A stretch of 64,000 nt of DNA, from assembly GCA_963812115.1 (NCBI GenBank), contig CAWEUD010000041.1:95735-159734 (forward strand), written 5' to 3'. The DNA comes from an uncultured Chloroflexia bacterium. GTDB lineage: Bacteria; Chloroflexota; Limnocylindria; QHBO01. Below, piece by piece: positions 39,591-49,580 of this stretch (position 1 is its first letter; each line of letters opens with the position of its first letter). A program made the translations under genes and the position numbers. The notes below the pieces were generated by a model. It made no database searches. It was not told where the DNA came from and saw nothing but the letters and a program-made list of their open reading frames with translations.

Positions 39591-40850
39591 GTGTCAACCT
39601 CGGTGCTGACCCTGATCCTCGCCGGAGGCGAGGGCGAGCGGCTTTCGATCCTCTCGCAGGTACGGGCGAAGCCGGGCGTCCCGTTCGGCGGCAAGTACCG
39701 GATCATCGACTTCGCGCTCTCGAACACGGTGAACTCCGGCCTGACCGACGTCGCGGTGCTGACCCAGTACGCGCCGAGATCGCTGATGGACCACATTGGC
39801 CTCGGCCGGCCCTGGGACCTCGACCGCACGCATGGTGGCGTGACGCTGCTGCAGCCGTTCATCGGGCGGGGTCGTGCCCACGACTGGTACCGCGGCACCG
39901 CCGACGCCGTGCTCCAGAACCTGGACTACATCGTGGATCGCGACCCGGACCTCGTCCTGGTGCTGGCTGGCGACCACATCTACAAGATGGACTACCGGCC
40001 GTTCATTGACCTCCATCGGTCCAGCCAGGCGGAGGTGACGTGCGCGGTCCGCACGGTGCCCCTGGAAGAGGCGCATCGGTTCGGCATCCTGGACGTCGAC
40101 GCCGAGGGGCGCGTGACCGACTTCATCGAGAAGCCACCCAAACCGATCAGCAACCTGGTCAGCATGGGCGTCTACGTCTTCTCATGGCAGGTGCTGCGCG
40201 ACGTGCTCTCGCACGACCGGGTCGACTTCGGGCGCGACGTGCTGCCCTGGATGGTCAATGCGCGGCGAGGGGTCTACGCCTACGAGTTCAAGGGCTACTG
40301 GCAGGACGTGGGCACCGTGGAGAGCTACTGGCGCACGAGCCTCGACCTCCTTTCCGACGACCCGGGCATCGACCTCAACGACCTGCGCTGGCTGATCTAT
40401 ACCAAGAGCGAGGAGCGACCGCCCGCAATGGTGGGACCGGCGGCGCAGGTCGATCGCAGCATGATCAGCCACGGCTGCGTCATCGATGGGCGGGTCGAGC
40501 ACAGCATCCTGTCGCCCGGCGTCCGGGTGGCGGCGGGTGCCCACGTGCGGGACTCGATCGTCATGTTCGACAGCGTCATCGGGCCGGGGGCTACCGTCGA
40601 CCGCGCCATTCTCGACAAGGAGTGCCGCGTCGGGGCGGGCGCCGTGGTGGGGGAGGGCGACGACCTGCGACCCAACCGTGCCGAACCGGAGCGGCTGTAC
40701 GCCGGCATTACGCTGCTCGGCAAGCGCGCCGAGGTTCCGGGCGGCGTGCACATCGGCCGCAACTGCCGCATCGACCCGGGCGTCGGGGCCGCGGCCTTCG
40801 GTCGCCGTCGCCTGATCCGCTCCGGCGAGACGGTGTCGACCGCTGGCTGA
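39591..40850 (+). CDS. glgC: Glucose-1-phosphate adenylyltransferase
   Basis: LAGGEG.RL, AKP.VPFGGKYRIIDF, GTADAV, GDHIYKMDY, EKP, WQDVGT. Confidence 0.94.
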   Translation: MSTSVLTLILAGGEGERLSILSQVRAKPGVPFGGKYRIIDFALSNTVNSGLTDVAVLTQYAPRSLMDHIGLGRPWDLDRTHGGVTLLQPFIGRGRAHDWYRGTADAVLQNLDYIVDRDPDLVLVLAGDHIYKMDYRPFIDLHRSSQAEVTCAVRTVPLEEAHRFGILDVDAEGRVTDFIEKPPKPISNLVSMGVYVFSWQVLRDVLSHDRVDFGRDVLPWMVNARRGVYAYEFKGYWQDVGTVESYWRTSLDLLSDDPGIDLNDLRWLIYTKSEERPPAMVGPAAQVDRSMISHGCVIDGRVEHSILSPGVRVAAGAHVRDSIVMFDSVIGPGATVDRAILDKECRVGAGAVVGEGDDLRPNRAEPERLYAGITLLGKRAEVPGGVHIGRNCRIDPGVGAAAFGRRRLIRSGETVSTAG

Positions 40851-40857
40851 TCGGGCA

Positions 40858-41439
40858 ATGGCGCCGTCCAGCGAGTCGCCGCCGCTCGACGCCTGGCTGA
40901 CGGAGCTGGGACTCGAGGTGGTGGGCGCCGGCGGTGCGGGCGGGGACCCGGCGTTCAGCCGGGACGTCATCATCGATGGTGAGCGCCGCTTCGACATGCG
41001 GGTGACGGTCGCCTGGGTTGCCGGCATGGGCCTCTCGCTATGGGCCTACTATGGGCCCGAGGCCATGGAGATCCCGAAGCGCGTGTTCGGCCGGATGCTC
41101 CGGGCCAGTTTCGACTACCCGATGGTGAAGTTCGCCATGACCGATGACGACCGTCCCATGCTCATGACCGAGCTCCCGCCGAGGGCTGCCACGCGCGACG
41201 AGCTCGGCCGTGGACTGGCGCGCCTCGCAATCGTGGCCGATCGCCTGCTGGACGAGACCGCGGCGGCGGTCGCCGACCACGCCCGACTGCCCGACTGGTC
41301 GGGGCGACTCTCCCGCAATCCGCAGCTGCTGGCGACCTATCGAGCCGACGTCGAGGCCGGCCTCCCGGCCTGGGAGCCGCCGCCGCCGCGACACCCGAGA
41401 CGGGGCCTGCTCGCTCGCCTGCTGGGGACCGGCCGATGA
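40858..41439 (+). CDS. YbjN-like hypothetical protein
   Basis: Alpha/beta pattern, LRASFDYPMVKFAM resembles YbjN/T3SS chaperone fold. Confidence 0.6.
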   Translation: MAPSSESPPLDAWLTELGLEVVGAGGAGGDPAFSRDVIIDGERRFDMRVTVAWVAGMGLSLWAYYGPEAMEIPKRVFGRMLRASFDYPMVKFAMTDDDRPMLMTELPPRAATRDELGRGLARLAIVADRLLDETAAAVADHARLPDWSGRLSRNPQLLATYRADVEAGLPAWEPPPPRHPRRGLLARLLGTGR

Positions 41440-43418
41440 GCGCCACCGTGGGCGGGGGCCGCGCCCGCGCCGCTGCGGCCGTCGCCCTGCTGCTGCTCGC
41501 CGGGCTGCTGCCGGGCCTGGCGCAACGCGCGAGCGCGGCGGAGTACGGCATGGAGACGTCGGCCAGCTACGCCGTGGCGCCGGAGAAGCGGCTCGTCAGC
41601 GTGAGCGTTGAGGTCACGTTCGAGAACACGACTCCCGATCCTGCCGGGCAGTTCAGCCTGTTCGAGCTCGTCGACCTGGCACTCCAGCCCGGTGCGAGCG
41701 CCATCGCCGCGACCGACGGGGAGGGCGGCCTGCGTGTCGACACGGCCCACAGGGATGGGTTCCTGCTGGCATCGGTCCACCTGAGGGAGGGCGTGCGCTA
41801 CCAGGAGCAGGCCACGTTCACCGTTGCGTACGAGCTGACCGACGGCGCGACCGCAGACCTGCGGATCCGTCCATCGCTCATCGCGTTCCCCGTGTGGAGC
41901 TTCGGAACCGGCGGCTCGGTCGAGGTGACGCTGCCGGATCGCTACGACGTCACGGTGGACGGCGACGACCTGGAGGCGCAGCGGGCCGGCGGCTCCGTGG
42001 TCCTGACCAGCGGTGCCATCGACCAGCCGCAGGCGTGGCTGGCTCACCTGCTGGCCGTGGGGCCGTCGAGCTACCGGACCCTCTCCCGGGCTGTCCCGCT
42101 CGGCAGCGCAACGGTGGACCTGCAGGTCCGGGCCTGGGCCGATGACGAGGCGTGGGGCACGACCACCCTGGATCTGTTGGCGAACGCGCTGCCGCTGCTG
42201 GAGGAGCGCATCGGCCTGGCCTATCCGCAGATCGGACCGCTGGTCGTCGTGGAATCGGTTGGCGGCGCGGGCGAGGGCGCCGGCGATGGGGCCGACGAGG
42301 GGACGCAGCTGCAGGCAGGCTACGACCAGCCGTCGTTCACGCTGGTGCACCAGGCAGCCCATGCCTGGTACTCGGACCAGCTGGCGTCCGACCGATGGAT
42401 TCGCGAGGGCTTCGCCTCCCTGGCCGCGGCCGGGCTCAGCGACGAGCTCGGCATCGAGCCGGCGTACGACCCCGCCGCGCGCCGCGCGGAGCTGGATGGC
42501 GCCGCCTTTCCCCTCGTGAGCTGGGGCGCCGGCGAGAGCACGCCCGACCAGGATGCTTGGGCATACGCCGCCTCCTGGGAGGTCGCCACGCAGATCGTCG
42601 ATCTCGTCGGGCCCGAGGCGGTGCAGCTGGCCTGGCGGCGGATCGCGAGCGACGTCGGTCCGTACCAGCCGCTGTCCGACCAGCCGCCCGAGTCGGAACA
42701 CCCGGCAACGCCGGCAACGCCGGCCGACTCGCGCAGCCTGCTCGACCAGCTCGAGGCGGTCAGCGACGCGGATGTGGCGGCGCTCTTCGCCCGCTCGGTG
42801 CTCGACCCCGGCGCGTCCGCCCTGCTCCCGGCCAGGGCCGAGGCGCGGACGGGGTTGAGGGACCTGCTGGATGCCGCCGATGGCTGGGGAGTCCCCGAGC
42901 CGGTGCAGGTCGATATGACCGCCTGGCGGTTCGACTCCGCCCTGGAGCGCATCGCAGGTGCGAGGTCGTGGCTCCAGGACCGCGATGCGCTGCTGGCAGC
43001 CGCCGCGGACGCCGGTCTGACCGTCCCGCAGCGCCTCCGGGACCGCTACCGCACGGCGGGCGGCGGGCCCGATGCCCGCGAGGAGCTGGAGGCCGAACGC
43101 GCGGTGGTCGATCGCTACCAGGACGTGCTCGCGCGATCGAACCGGGAGCGGGGTCTCCTCGAGCGCGTGGGCCTGCTGGGCGGCCCGCGTCCGTCTGCGC
43201 TGCTGAGCGATGCCAACCGGCTCTTCGCCGAGGGCGAGCTGCGGGGAGCTGCCGAAGCGGTGGCCGCCGCGCAGCTGCGCCTGGAGCACGCTGCGACCGA
43301 TGGCATCGTCCGCAGCGTCGCGGTGCTGCTCGTTGCCCTGGTGCTCCTCTACGTTGCCTTCCGCCTGGTACGGCGCAGGCGCGCACGCCCGGCCAGCGAC
43401 TACACTGCAGCGCCATGA
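41436..43418 (+). CDS. Secreted, C-terminally anchored M1/gluzincin-like protein (HQAAH variant)
   Basis: Signal peptide, LVHQAAHAWY...WIREGFA, C-terminal TM followed by RRRR. Confidence 0.75.
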   Translation: MSATVGGGRARAAAAVALLLLAGLLPGLAQRASAAEYGMETSASYAVAPEKRLVSVSVEVTFENTTPDPAGQFSLFELVDLALQPGASAIAATDGEGGLRVDTAHRDGFLLASVHLREGVRYQEQATFTVAYELTDGATADLRIRPSLIAFPVWSFGTGGSVEVTLPDRYDVTVDGDDLEAQRAGGSVVLTSGAIDQPQAWLAHLLAVGPSSYRTLSRAVPLGSATVDLQVRAWADDEAWGTTTLDLLANALPLLEERIGLAYPQIGPLVVVESVGGAGEGAGDGADEGTQLQAGYDQPSFTLVHQAAHAWYSDQLASDRWIREGFASLAAAGLSDELGIEPAYDPAARRAELDGAAFPLVSWGAGESTPDQDAWAYAASWEVATQIVDLVGPEAVQLAWRRIASDVGPYQPLSDQPPESEHPATPATPADSRSLLDQLEAVSDADVAALFARSVLDPGASALLPARAEARTGLRDLLDAADGWGVPEPVQVDMTAWRFDSALERIAGARSWLQDRDALLAAAADAGLTVPQRLRDRYRTAGGGPDAREELEAERAVVDRYQDVLARSNRERGLLERVGLLGGPRPSALLSDANRLFAEGELRGAAEAVAAAQLRLEHAATDGIVRSVAVLLVALVLLYVAFRLVRRRRARPASDYTAAP

Positions 43419-44452
43419 CGCAGTCAGCCGCCGAGCGGCCCCGCTTCCAGCCCGCGCAGGAGGTCCTCTCGGGGGAGACGGCCGACGTGTACTTCGAGCG
43501 GGCACGCGCCATCCTGGCGGCGGAGAAGCTGGATCCGGTGGTCACCATGGAGATCTTCCCGCGCGAGGACGCCATCCTCTGCGGCGCGGAGGAGGCGCTG
43601 GCGTACCTCCGCGAGGTCCTGGGCAACGGGAAACGGCTCGAGCCGGAGCCGGTGGTCGAATCGCTGCACGACGGCGATCCCATCTCGCGCAAGGAGGTGG
43701 TGATGCGTATCACCGCCCGCTACTCGGCCTTCGGCCTGTACGAGACCGCCATCCTGGGCATCCTGGCACAGTGCACCGGCTGGGCGACCGCCGCGCGCCG
43801 CATCGTCGACGTGGCGAGCCCCATTCCGGTGATCGGATTCGGGGCGCGGCACGTGCATCCCACCGTGGCCGACCAGATGGACTACGCGAGCGTCATCGGC
43901 GGCTGCATCGGCGCATCAACCCCGGCCGGCGCGCGGCTTGCCGGGCTTGCCCCGACCGGCACCATGCCGCACGCCCTGATCCTCATCTTCGGCGACACCG
44001 TTCGCGCCCTCGAGGCGTTCGACCGCCACATCGACCCTGACGTCCCGCGCATCGCGCTGGTCGACACCTTCAAGGACGAGGCCGAGGAGTCGCTGCGGGT
44101 CGCCAACGCGTTGGGCGAGCGCCTGTGGGGCGTCCGGCTCGACACCCCGTCGGAGCGGGGGCGCGTGACGCCCGACCTCGTCAAGGAGGTGCGTGCCAGG
44201 CTCGATCAGGCCGGCCACGGACACGTGAAGATCGTCGTCTCCGGCGGGCTCGACGCCGAGCGCATCACCTTCTTCAAGGAGGCGGGTGCGCCGGTCGACT
44301 CGTTCGCGGTGGGATCGGCGATCAGCGACGCCAGCCCGGTCGACTTCACGGGCGACCTGAAGGAGATCGACGGCAAGCCGATCGCCAAGCGGGGGCGGAT
44401 CCCCGGGCGCACCGACAATCCTCGACTGCGGCGGATCGACCTGCACGGCTGA
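43415..44452 (+). CDS. pncB: Nicotinate phosphoribosyltransferase
   Basis: TADVYF, FGARH, GTMPH, LVDTF, VRLDTP, SGG, AKRG. Confidence 0.92.
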   Translation: MTQSAAERPRFQPAQEVLSGETADVYFERARAILAAEKLDPVVTMEIFPREDAILCGAEEALAYLREVLGNGKRLEPEPVVESLHDGDPISRKEVVMRITARYSAFGLYETAILGILAQCTGWATAARRIVDVASPIPVIGFGARHVHPTVADQMDYASVIGGCIGASTPAGARLAGLAPTGTMPHALILIFGDTVRALEAFDRHIDPDVPRIALVDTFKDEAEESLRVANALGERLWGVRLDTPSERGRVTPDLVKEVRARLDQAGHGHVKIVVSGGLDAERITFFKEAGAPVDSFAVGSAISDASPVDFTGDLKEIDGKPIAKRGRIPGRTDNPRLRRIDLHG

Positions 44453-44454
44453 CC

Positions 44455-44853
44455 ATGACCGACGTCGAGCGCGACGAGCAGAGAACCGGCGACGAGCGCG
44501 AGAGCGCCTACGAGCTGTTCCGGCGCGGCTCGCAGCTCCTCGCCGACCACCATCCGGGCGCCGCGGCGGTCCTGCTGGAGCGATGCCTGGCCCTGGAGCC
44601 GGGCAAGGCCTCCATCCTGGAGGCGCTGGGGCGGGCCCACTTCAACCAGGGCGACCCGCTTCGCGCGGCGGAGCGATTCCAGGAGATCGTGGACGGCAAC
44701 CCGTTGGCCGACTACGCCCACTTTGGCCTTGGGCTCTCGCGCGCCCGCCTCGGCGACCGACGGGCGGCGTCGCGGCACCTCCGAATGGCCGTCTTCCTCC
44801 AGCCCGAGAACGACGACTACCGCCGGGCGCTCGAGCGGCTGGAGGCCGCCTAG
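44455..44853 (+). CDS. Tetratricopeptide repeat protein
   Basis: Three TPR-like units (LEPGKASILEALGRAHF, YAHFGLG, PENDDY). Confidence 0.85.
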   Translation: MTDVERDEQRTGDERESAYELFRRGSQLLADHHPGAAAVLLERCLALEPGKASILEALGRAHFNQGDPLRAAERFQEIVDGNPLADYAHFGLGLSRARLGDRRAASRHLRMAVFLQPENDDYRRALERLEAA

Positions 44854-44859
44854 GCCGTC

Positions 44860-45948
44860 TCAGGCCGCAGGCTCCTCCGCGGCCAGTCGCTTGCGCAGGA
44901 GCGCCAGCACCGCCGCCTCCTCGGGGTCCAGCTCGGCAAGCGACTCGGCCAGCTCTTCATCGGCCGCCTCCCGCACCTCCCGCGCGACGTCGCCTTCGAG
45001 GTACGCGTCGATCACCATCGGGTGGACATAGCTCCTGCGGGAGACGGCCGGGGTGTTGCCCAGCCGCTCTGCCACCGTCTCGACCGCCCGCACCACGTTC
45101 TTCTTGGCCTGCGCCTGCGAGTCGAACTCGGTCAGCTCACGCAGGGCCCAGGCGGCTAGGACCGTGCCGGCCCACGTCCGGAAGTCCTTGGCGCTGAAGT
45201 CCTGCCCGGTGATCTCGCGCAGGTAGTCGTTGACGTCCGCGGAATCGACCGTGTGCGGCTCGCCCTCCTCGTCGAGGTACGTGAACAGGGCCTGGCCGGG
45301 CAGGTCCTGGCAGCGCGTCACGATCCGCGCCAGCCTGCGGTCGGAGAGCTGCACGTCGCTCATCTTGCCGCCCTTGCCCCGAAAGCGGAATCGAATGCGA
45401 CTGCCGCCGACGGTCGCGTGCCGGTTGCGCAGGGTGGTGAGGCCGAAGGAGTTGTTCTCCCGCGCGTACTCCTCGTTGCCCACGCGCGCCCTGGTCTTCT
45501 CCAGCAGCCGGACCACGGCTGCCAGCACGCGTTCGCGCGGGAGGCCGGGAAGGTCCAGGTCGCGCTGCACGCGTTGGCGGATCTTCGGCAGCGCCTCGCC
45601 GAAGGCGATCATGCGGTCGTACTTGGCTTCGTCGCGCACCTCGCGCCAGCGGGGGTGGTAGCGGTACTGCTTCCTCCCGCGCTTGTCGCGCCCCGTGGCC
45701 TGGATGTGGCCGCGCTGCGAGGGGCAGATCCAGACGTCGGTCCAGGCGGGCGGGATGGCCAGGCCCCTGATCCACTCGCGCCGGCGCCGGTCGGTGATGC
45801 GGTTGCCGTCTGGACCGATGTAGCTGAAGCCGGTTCCTGCCCGCTTGCGGCGGATGCCTGGCTGCGCGTCGGTGACGTAACGGAGCCCGGCCTCGCTTGC
45901 GGACTCGGCCGGATCGGCGAGGGGTTGGACGTGGTGGTCGGATGCCAT
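44860..45948 (-). CDS. DNA topoisomerase IB (bacterial/poxvirus-like)
   Basis: IPPAW, GRKQYRYH, RVGNEEY, KDFRTW, LGNTPAVSRRSYVHP (catalytic Tyr). Confidence 0.94.
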   Translation of the reverse strand: MASDHHVQPLADPAESASEAGLRYVTDAQPGIRRKRAGTGFSYIGPDGNRITDRRRREWIRGLAIPPAWTDVWICPSQRGHIQATGRDKRGRKQYRYHPRWREVRDEAKYDRMIAFGEALPKIRQRVQRDLDLPGLPRERVLAAVVRLLEKTRARVGNEEYARENNSFGLTTLRNRHATVGGSRIRFRFRGKGGKMSDVQLSDRRLARIVTRCQDLPGQALFTYLDEEGEPHTVDSADVNDYLREITGQDFSAKDFRTWAGTVLAAWALRELTEFDSQAQAKKNVVRAVETVAERLGNTPAVSRRSYVHPMVIDAYLEGDVAREVREAADEELAESLAELDPEEAAVLALLRKRLAAEEPAA

Positions 45949-45978
45949 CGGCCGCTCCAGTCGCAAGCGGCATGCCGG

Positions 45979-46509
45979 TCAGCCCGCGAGGCGGCGGGCC
46001 AGCCAGAGAATGCCGGCCACGGACTTCGCGTCGCGGATCGCGCCCGTGTCGATCGCCCGCAGCGCTGCCTCGAGCGTCGGCCAGGAGAGCTCCAGCTCCT
46101 CGTCCGGCGGCGCCTCCACCTGGGCCGCGCGGAGCCTGGTCGCCAGGAAGAGGGTCAGCAGCTCGGTGCAGAATCCCGGCGCCGTGTAGAAGGCGGGGCC
46201 CTCCTCCCACTCGTCGGCGGCCAGGCCGCACTCCTCGCCGAGCTCGCGCCGGGCCGTGGTGGCCGGCGCCTCGTCCGGGTCCAGCGTGCCGGCCGGGATC
46301 TCCAGCAGCTCGCCGCCGGTCGGGTGGCGCCACTGCCGCACCATCGCCACGCGCTCGCCGTCCCACGCGAGGATGCCCACGGCCCCGGGATGCTCGACCA
46401 CTTCACGCGTCGTTTGGTGGCCGTTGCCCAGGCGCACCCGGTCGACGCGCACCGAGATCAGGCGGCCACTCCATGGCCGCTCGCTGGAGAGTGCCTGCTC
46501 CTCGCTCAT
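45979..46509 (-). CDS. NUDIX hydrolase (ADP-ribose pyrophosphatase-like)
   Basis: EVVEHPGAV, EIPAG, Nudix box ARRELGEECG, DAKS. Confidence 0.9.
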   Translation of the reverse strand: MSEEQALSSERPWSGRLISVRVDRVRLGNGHQTTREVVEHPGAVGILAWDGERVAMVRQWRHPTGGELLEIPAGTLDPDEAPATTARRELGEECGLAADEWEEGPAFYTAPGFCTELLTLFLATRLRAAQVEAPPDEELELSWPTLEAALRAIDTGAIRDAKSVAGILWLARRLAG

Positions 46510-46590
46510 GCGGACGATGGTACGCGCGGATTCGAGGGGCGGCGCGCTTCGGCGCGGAAGCGCGACTCGGTCTAGCATCTGCATCGGTCC

Positions 46591-47754
46591 ATGAGCGAAG
46601 CCATCCGCAACATCTTCCGGCGCCCGCTGCGCACCGGCCTCACCATCCTCGGCATCGTCATCGGCGTCTTCGCGCTCACCGTGATGGGTGCGCTGGCCGA
46701 GAAGCTGAACGTGCTCGTCGCCGGTGGGGACGACTACTTCCGCACGCGCATCTTCGTCTTCGACGAGGGGGCGGCCTCGGGATTCCAGGCCAGTGCGCGG
46801 CCGATCACGCGTGACATCGTGGAGCAGATCGACGCGCTGACCGGCGTGGAGCGGGCGACGCCGGTCCTGCAGACCCTGCTCGACCCCGACCAGATCGGCG
46901 GGTTCGACATCCCGGAGCTGCTGACCGGGATCGAGCCGGAGACCTGGTACGACCCCAGCGTCGACCTGCGCGTGGACGCCGGGCGGCTGCTCGAGGCGAA
47001 CGAACGGGGGGTGACGGTCATCGGTGCCGACCTGGCCGAGCGCTACGACCTGCGGGTGGGCGACGACTTCGACATCCGCGACCGGACCTTCGAGGTGGTG
47101 GGGGTGCTGGAGCGCACGCTCACCTTCCCGGACAAGATCGCGTACGTGCCGCTACGCGACGCCCAGGAGATCTACGTCGAGAACGTTCCACAGGGCTTCG
47201 ACTACCGGACCGATGAGCTGGCGACCCAGATCGAGGTCTTTCCCGACGACATCTCCCAGGCCGATGCCGTGGCAGCCGAGATCGAGGACGCGATCGACGG
47301 CGTGCGGACGGTGACGCCGGAGCAGGTGGCCGACCAGATCGGTCAGGCCAGCGTGGTGTTCAACCTGATCATCGTGGGTGCTTCCGTGATCGCGGTGATC
47401 GTGGGCGGCCTGTCGGTCATCAACACCATGGTCATGACCGTCAGCGAGCGGGTGCGCGAGATCGGCATCAAGAAGGCGGTCGGCGCGCGCACGCGGACGA
47501 TCCTGGCCGAGTTCATCGTGGAGGCCACGCTGCTGGGGGCCATCGGCGGCCTCATCGGCCTGAGCGCCGGCGCGTTGCTGGTCGTCGTCCTGAACGCGCA
47601 GACCGCGGGAAGCGGCACGACCGTCTTCCTCATCACCCCCATGCTCCTGCTGCGCTCATTCGTCTTCGCCACCGTCCTTGGGGCGCTGGCCGGCATCTAC
47701 CCCGCACTTCGCGCCGCACGCCTCGACCCGGTCCAGGCGTTGAGGAGCACGTGA
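46591..47754 (+). CDS. MacB/FtsX-like ABC permease
   Basis: RTGLTILGI, ERVREIGIKKAVGA, YPA.RAARLDPVQAL. Confidence 0.92.
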   Translation: MSEAIRNIFRRPLRTGLTILGIVIGVFALTVMGALAEKLNVLVAGGDDYFRTRIFVFDEGAASGFQASARPITRDIVEQIDALTGVERATPVLQTLLDPDQIGGFDIPELLTGIEPETWYDPSVDLRVDAGRLLEANERGVTVIGADLAERYDLRVGDDFDIRDRTFEVVGVLERTLTFPDKIAYVPLRDAQEIYVENVPQGFDYRTDELATQIEVFPDDISQADAVAAEIEDAIDGVRTVTPEQVADQIGQASVVFNLIIVGASVIAVIVGGLSVINTMVMTVSERVREIGIKKAVGARTRTILAEFIVEATLLGAIGGLIGLSAGALLVVVLNAQTAGSGTTVFLITPMLLLRSFVFATVLGALAGIYPALRAARLDPVQALRST

Positions 47755-48584
47755 CCGTGGCCGTGGTCGCTCGGTCCCCGATCCTTCGCGCGCGCGACCT
47801 GGTGAAGGTCTACCGTCGTGGCGCCAGCGAGGTCCGGGCCGTTGCCGGCATCAGCCTGGACGTGGCGCCCGGCGAGTTCATGGCGATCATGGGGCGGTCG
47901 GGGAGCGGCAAGACGACCCTGCTCGACCTGCTCGGCTGCCTGCTGCGCCCGACCGCCGGCGAGCTGGAGATCGACGGGCGCAGCGTGATCGGTGCGTCGG
48001 ACGGGGAGCTGGCCGGCGTGCGGCAGTCGCGCATCGGCTTCGTCTTCCAGGAGTTCAACCTGATCCCCACGCTCAATGCGGTCGAGAACGTCATGCTGCC
48101 GCTCCGCTACGGCCCACGGCGGACGGACGCCCGCGCGCGGGCGGAGTCGCTGCTCGCGTTGGTGGGGCTGGGCGACCGGATGCGCCACCGACCCAGCGAG
48201 CTCTCGGGTGGCGAGCAGCAGCGGGTCGCCATCGCACGGGCCCTCGTCAACGACCCCGCCGTGGTGCTCGCCGACGAGCCGACCGGCGAGCTCGACAGCG
48301 TGACCTCGACGGCGCTGCTCGGGATGCTCCGCAAGCTGAACGCGGATCGCGGCATCACCTTCGTGATCGTCACGCACGACCCCGGAGTGGCCGGCACCAC
48401 CAACCGCGTCGTCCGGCTGCGGGACGGCCAGGTCGTGGCCGACGTCCGCTGGGGCGAGCGTGGCTGGCACAAGGCGCTGAGCGGCGGTTCGGGTGACGGA
48501 CGGCAGCCCGTGGGCGAGCGCGGAGCGCTGGCATGGCTGGGGGACCTGCTGAACTGGCTGCGCCCCGATGCGTTCGAGCGGTAG
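47751..48584 (+). CDS. ABC ATP-binding protein (LolD/MacB-like)
   Basis: GRSGSGKTT, LSGGEQQR, ADEPTG. Confidence 0.93.
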   Translation: MTVAVVARSPILRARDLVKVYRRGASEVRAVAGISLDVAPGEFMAIMGRSGSGKTTLLDLLGCLLRPTAGELEIDGRSVIGASDGELAGVRQSRIGFVFQEFNLIPTLNAVENVMLPLRYGPRRTDARARAESLLALVGLGDRMRHRPSELSGGEQQRVAIARALVNDPAVVLADEPTGELDSVTSTALLGMLRKLNADRGITFVIVTHDPGVAGTTNRVVRLRDGQVVADVRWGERGWHKALSGGSGDGRQPVGERGALAWLGDLLNWLRPDAFER

Positions 48585-48605
48585 GATCGGTACCGGGGAG
48601 GCTGC

Positions 48606-49580
48606 ATGATTCTCGTCGAGGGGCTGCGTCGGGACTTCGGGCGGGTGACCGCCGTGCATGACCTGTCCTTCAACGTGGCCGATGGCGAGATCTTCGGCCT
48701 CCTGGGCCCCAACGGCGCAGGCAAGACCACGACGGTCCGCATGCTGGCCGGCCTGATCCGGCCCACCGCCGGGGAGGCGACCGTCAACGGCCACGTCATC
48801 GGCGAAGGATCGCAGCGCATCCGTGCGATGACGGGGATCCTGACCGAGTCGCCCGGCCTCCACGAGAAGCTGACGGCGCGGCAGAACCTCGAGTACTACG
48901 GCCGCCTCTACGGGGTGCATGGCCGCCGTCTGCACGAGGCGGTCGGGCGCTACCTGGAGGTCGTCGGCATGGCCGATCACGCGAACCGGCGCGTCGGGAA
49001 CTTCAGCAAGGGCATGCGCCAGAAGATCGCAATCGCCCGCGCCCTGCTGCACGAGCCGGAGGTGATCTACCTCGACGAGCCGACCAGCGGCCTGGATCCA
49101 TCGGCGGCCAAGACCGTTCGGGACTTCGTGGCCACGCTGCGCGAGCTGGGCCGCTCCATCGTGGTCTGCACCCACAACCTGGACGAGGCGGAGCGCCTCT
49201 GCGACCGGATCGGCATCATGCAGGGGACGCTGCTCCAGGTCGACACGCCGGCGGCGATGCGCCGGCACGGCCGAAACCCCACCGTGCGGGTGGAGCTCAA
49301 CGGCGCACGCGGCCCGGAGTCGTTCATGGAGGTGCTCGCCCGTCTGCCCTACGTCCTGGGCGCCCAGCCACGCGAGGACCGCTCCCTGCTGGTGGAGGTC
49401 AACGACCCGCACGGCGAGACGCCGGACCTGGTCGCGGCGCTGGTGACCGCCGGTGCCCGCATCACCGGCGTGCGGGAGGAATCGGCGACGCTGGAGGAGG
49501 TCTACCTGCGCCTCGTGGGCGAAGTGGGCGAGCGGGATGGGGCGCCCGCGGCATCGGCCCGGGATGAGGCGCCGCGATGA
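48606..49580 (+). CDS. ABC-2 type ATP-binding protein
   Basis: GPNGAGKTT, FSKGMRQK, DEPTSGLD. Confidence 0.93.
   Translation: MILVEGLRRDFGRVTAVHDLSFNVADGEIFGLLGPNGAGKTTTVRMLAGLIRPTAGEATVNGHVIGEGSQRIRAMTGILTESPGLHEKLTARQNLEYYGRLYGVHGRRLHEAVGRYLEVVGMADHANRRVGNFSKGMRQKIAIARALLHEPEVIYLDEPTSGLDPSAAKTVRDFVATLRELGRSIVVCTHNLDEAERLCDRIGIMQGTLLQVDTPAAMRRHGRNPTVRVELNGARGPESFMEVLARLPYVLGAQPREDRSLLVEVNDPHGETPDLVAALVTAGARITGVREESATLEEVYLRLVGEVGERDGAPAASARDEAPR

Noticed and set aside
36632-39898. 1088-aa minus-strand ORF (and similar long ORFs 14092-16812, 10447-13014, 41337-43505)
   Set aside because: Antisense shadows of well-supported genes, typical of high-GC DNA; no recognisable motifs.
42152-44452. 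Apparent long N-terminal extensions or fusions (e.g. 766-aa pncB ORF, 695-aa HAD ORF, 641-aa nucleoside hydrolase ORF, 339-aa csoR ORF)
   Set aside because: The extensions overlap neighbouring real genes in other frames; true starts are downstream.
44860-45948. TopIB as a phage integrase or mobile element marker
   Set aside because: Motifs are those of topoisomerase IB, and the flanks are housekeeping genes without att sites.
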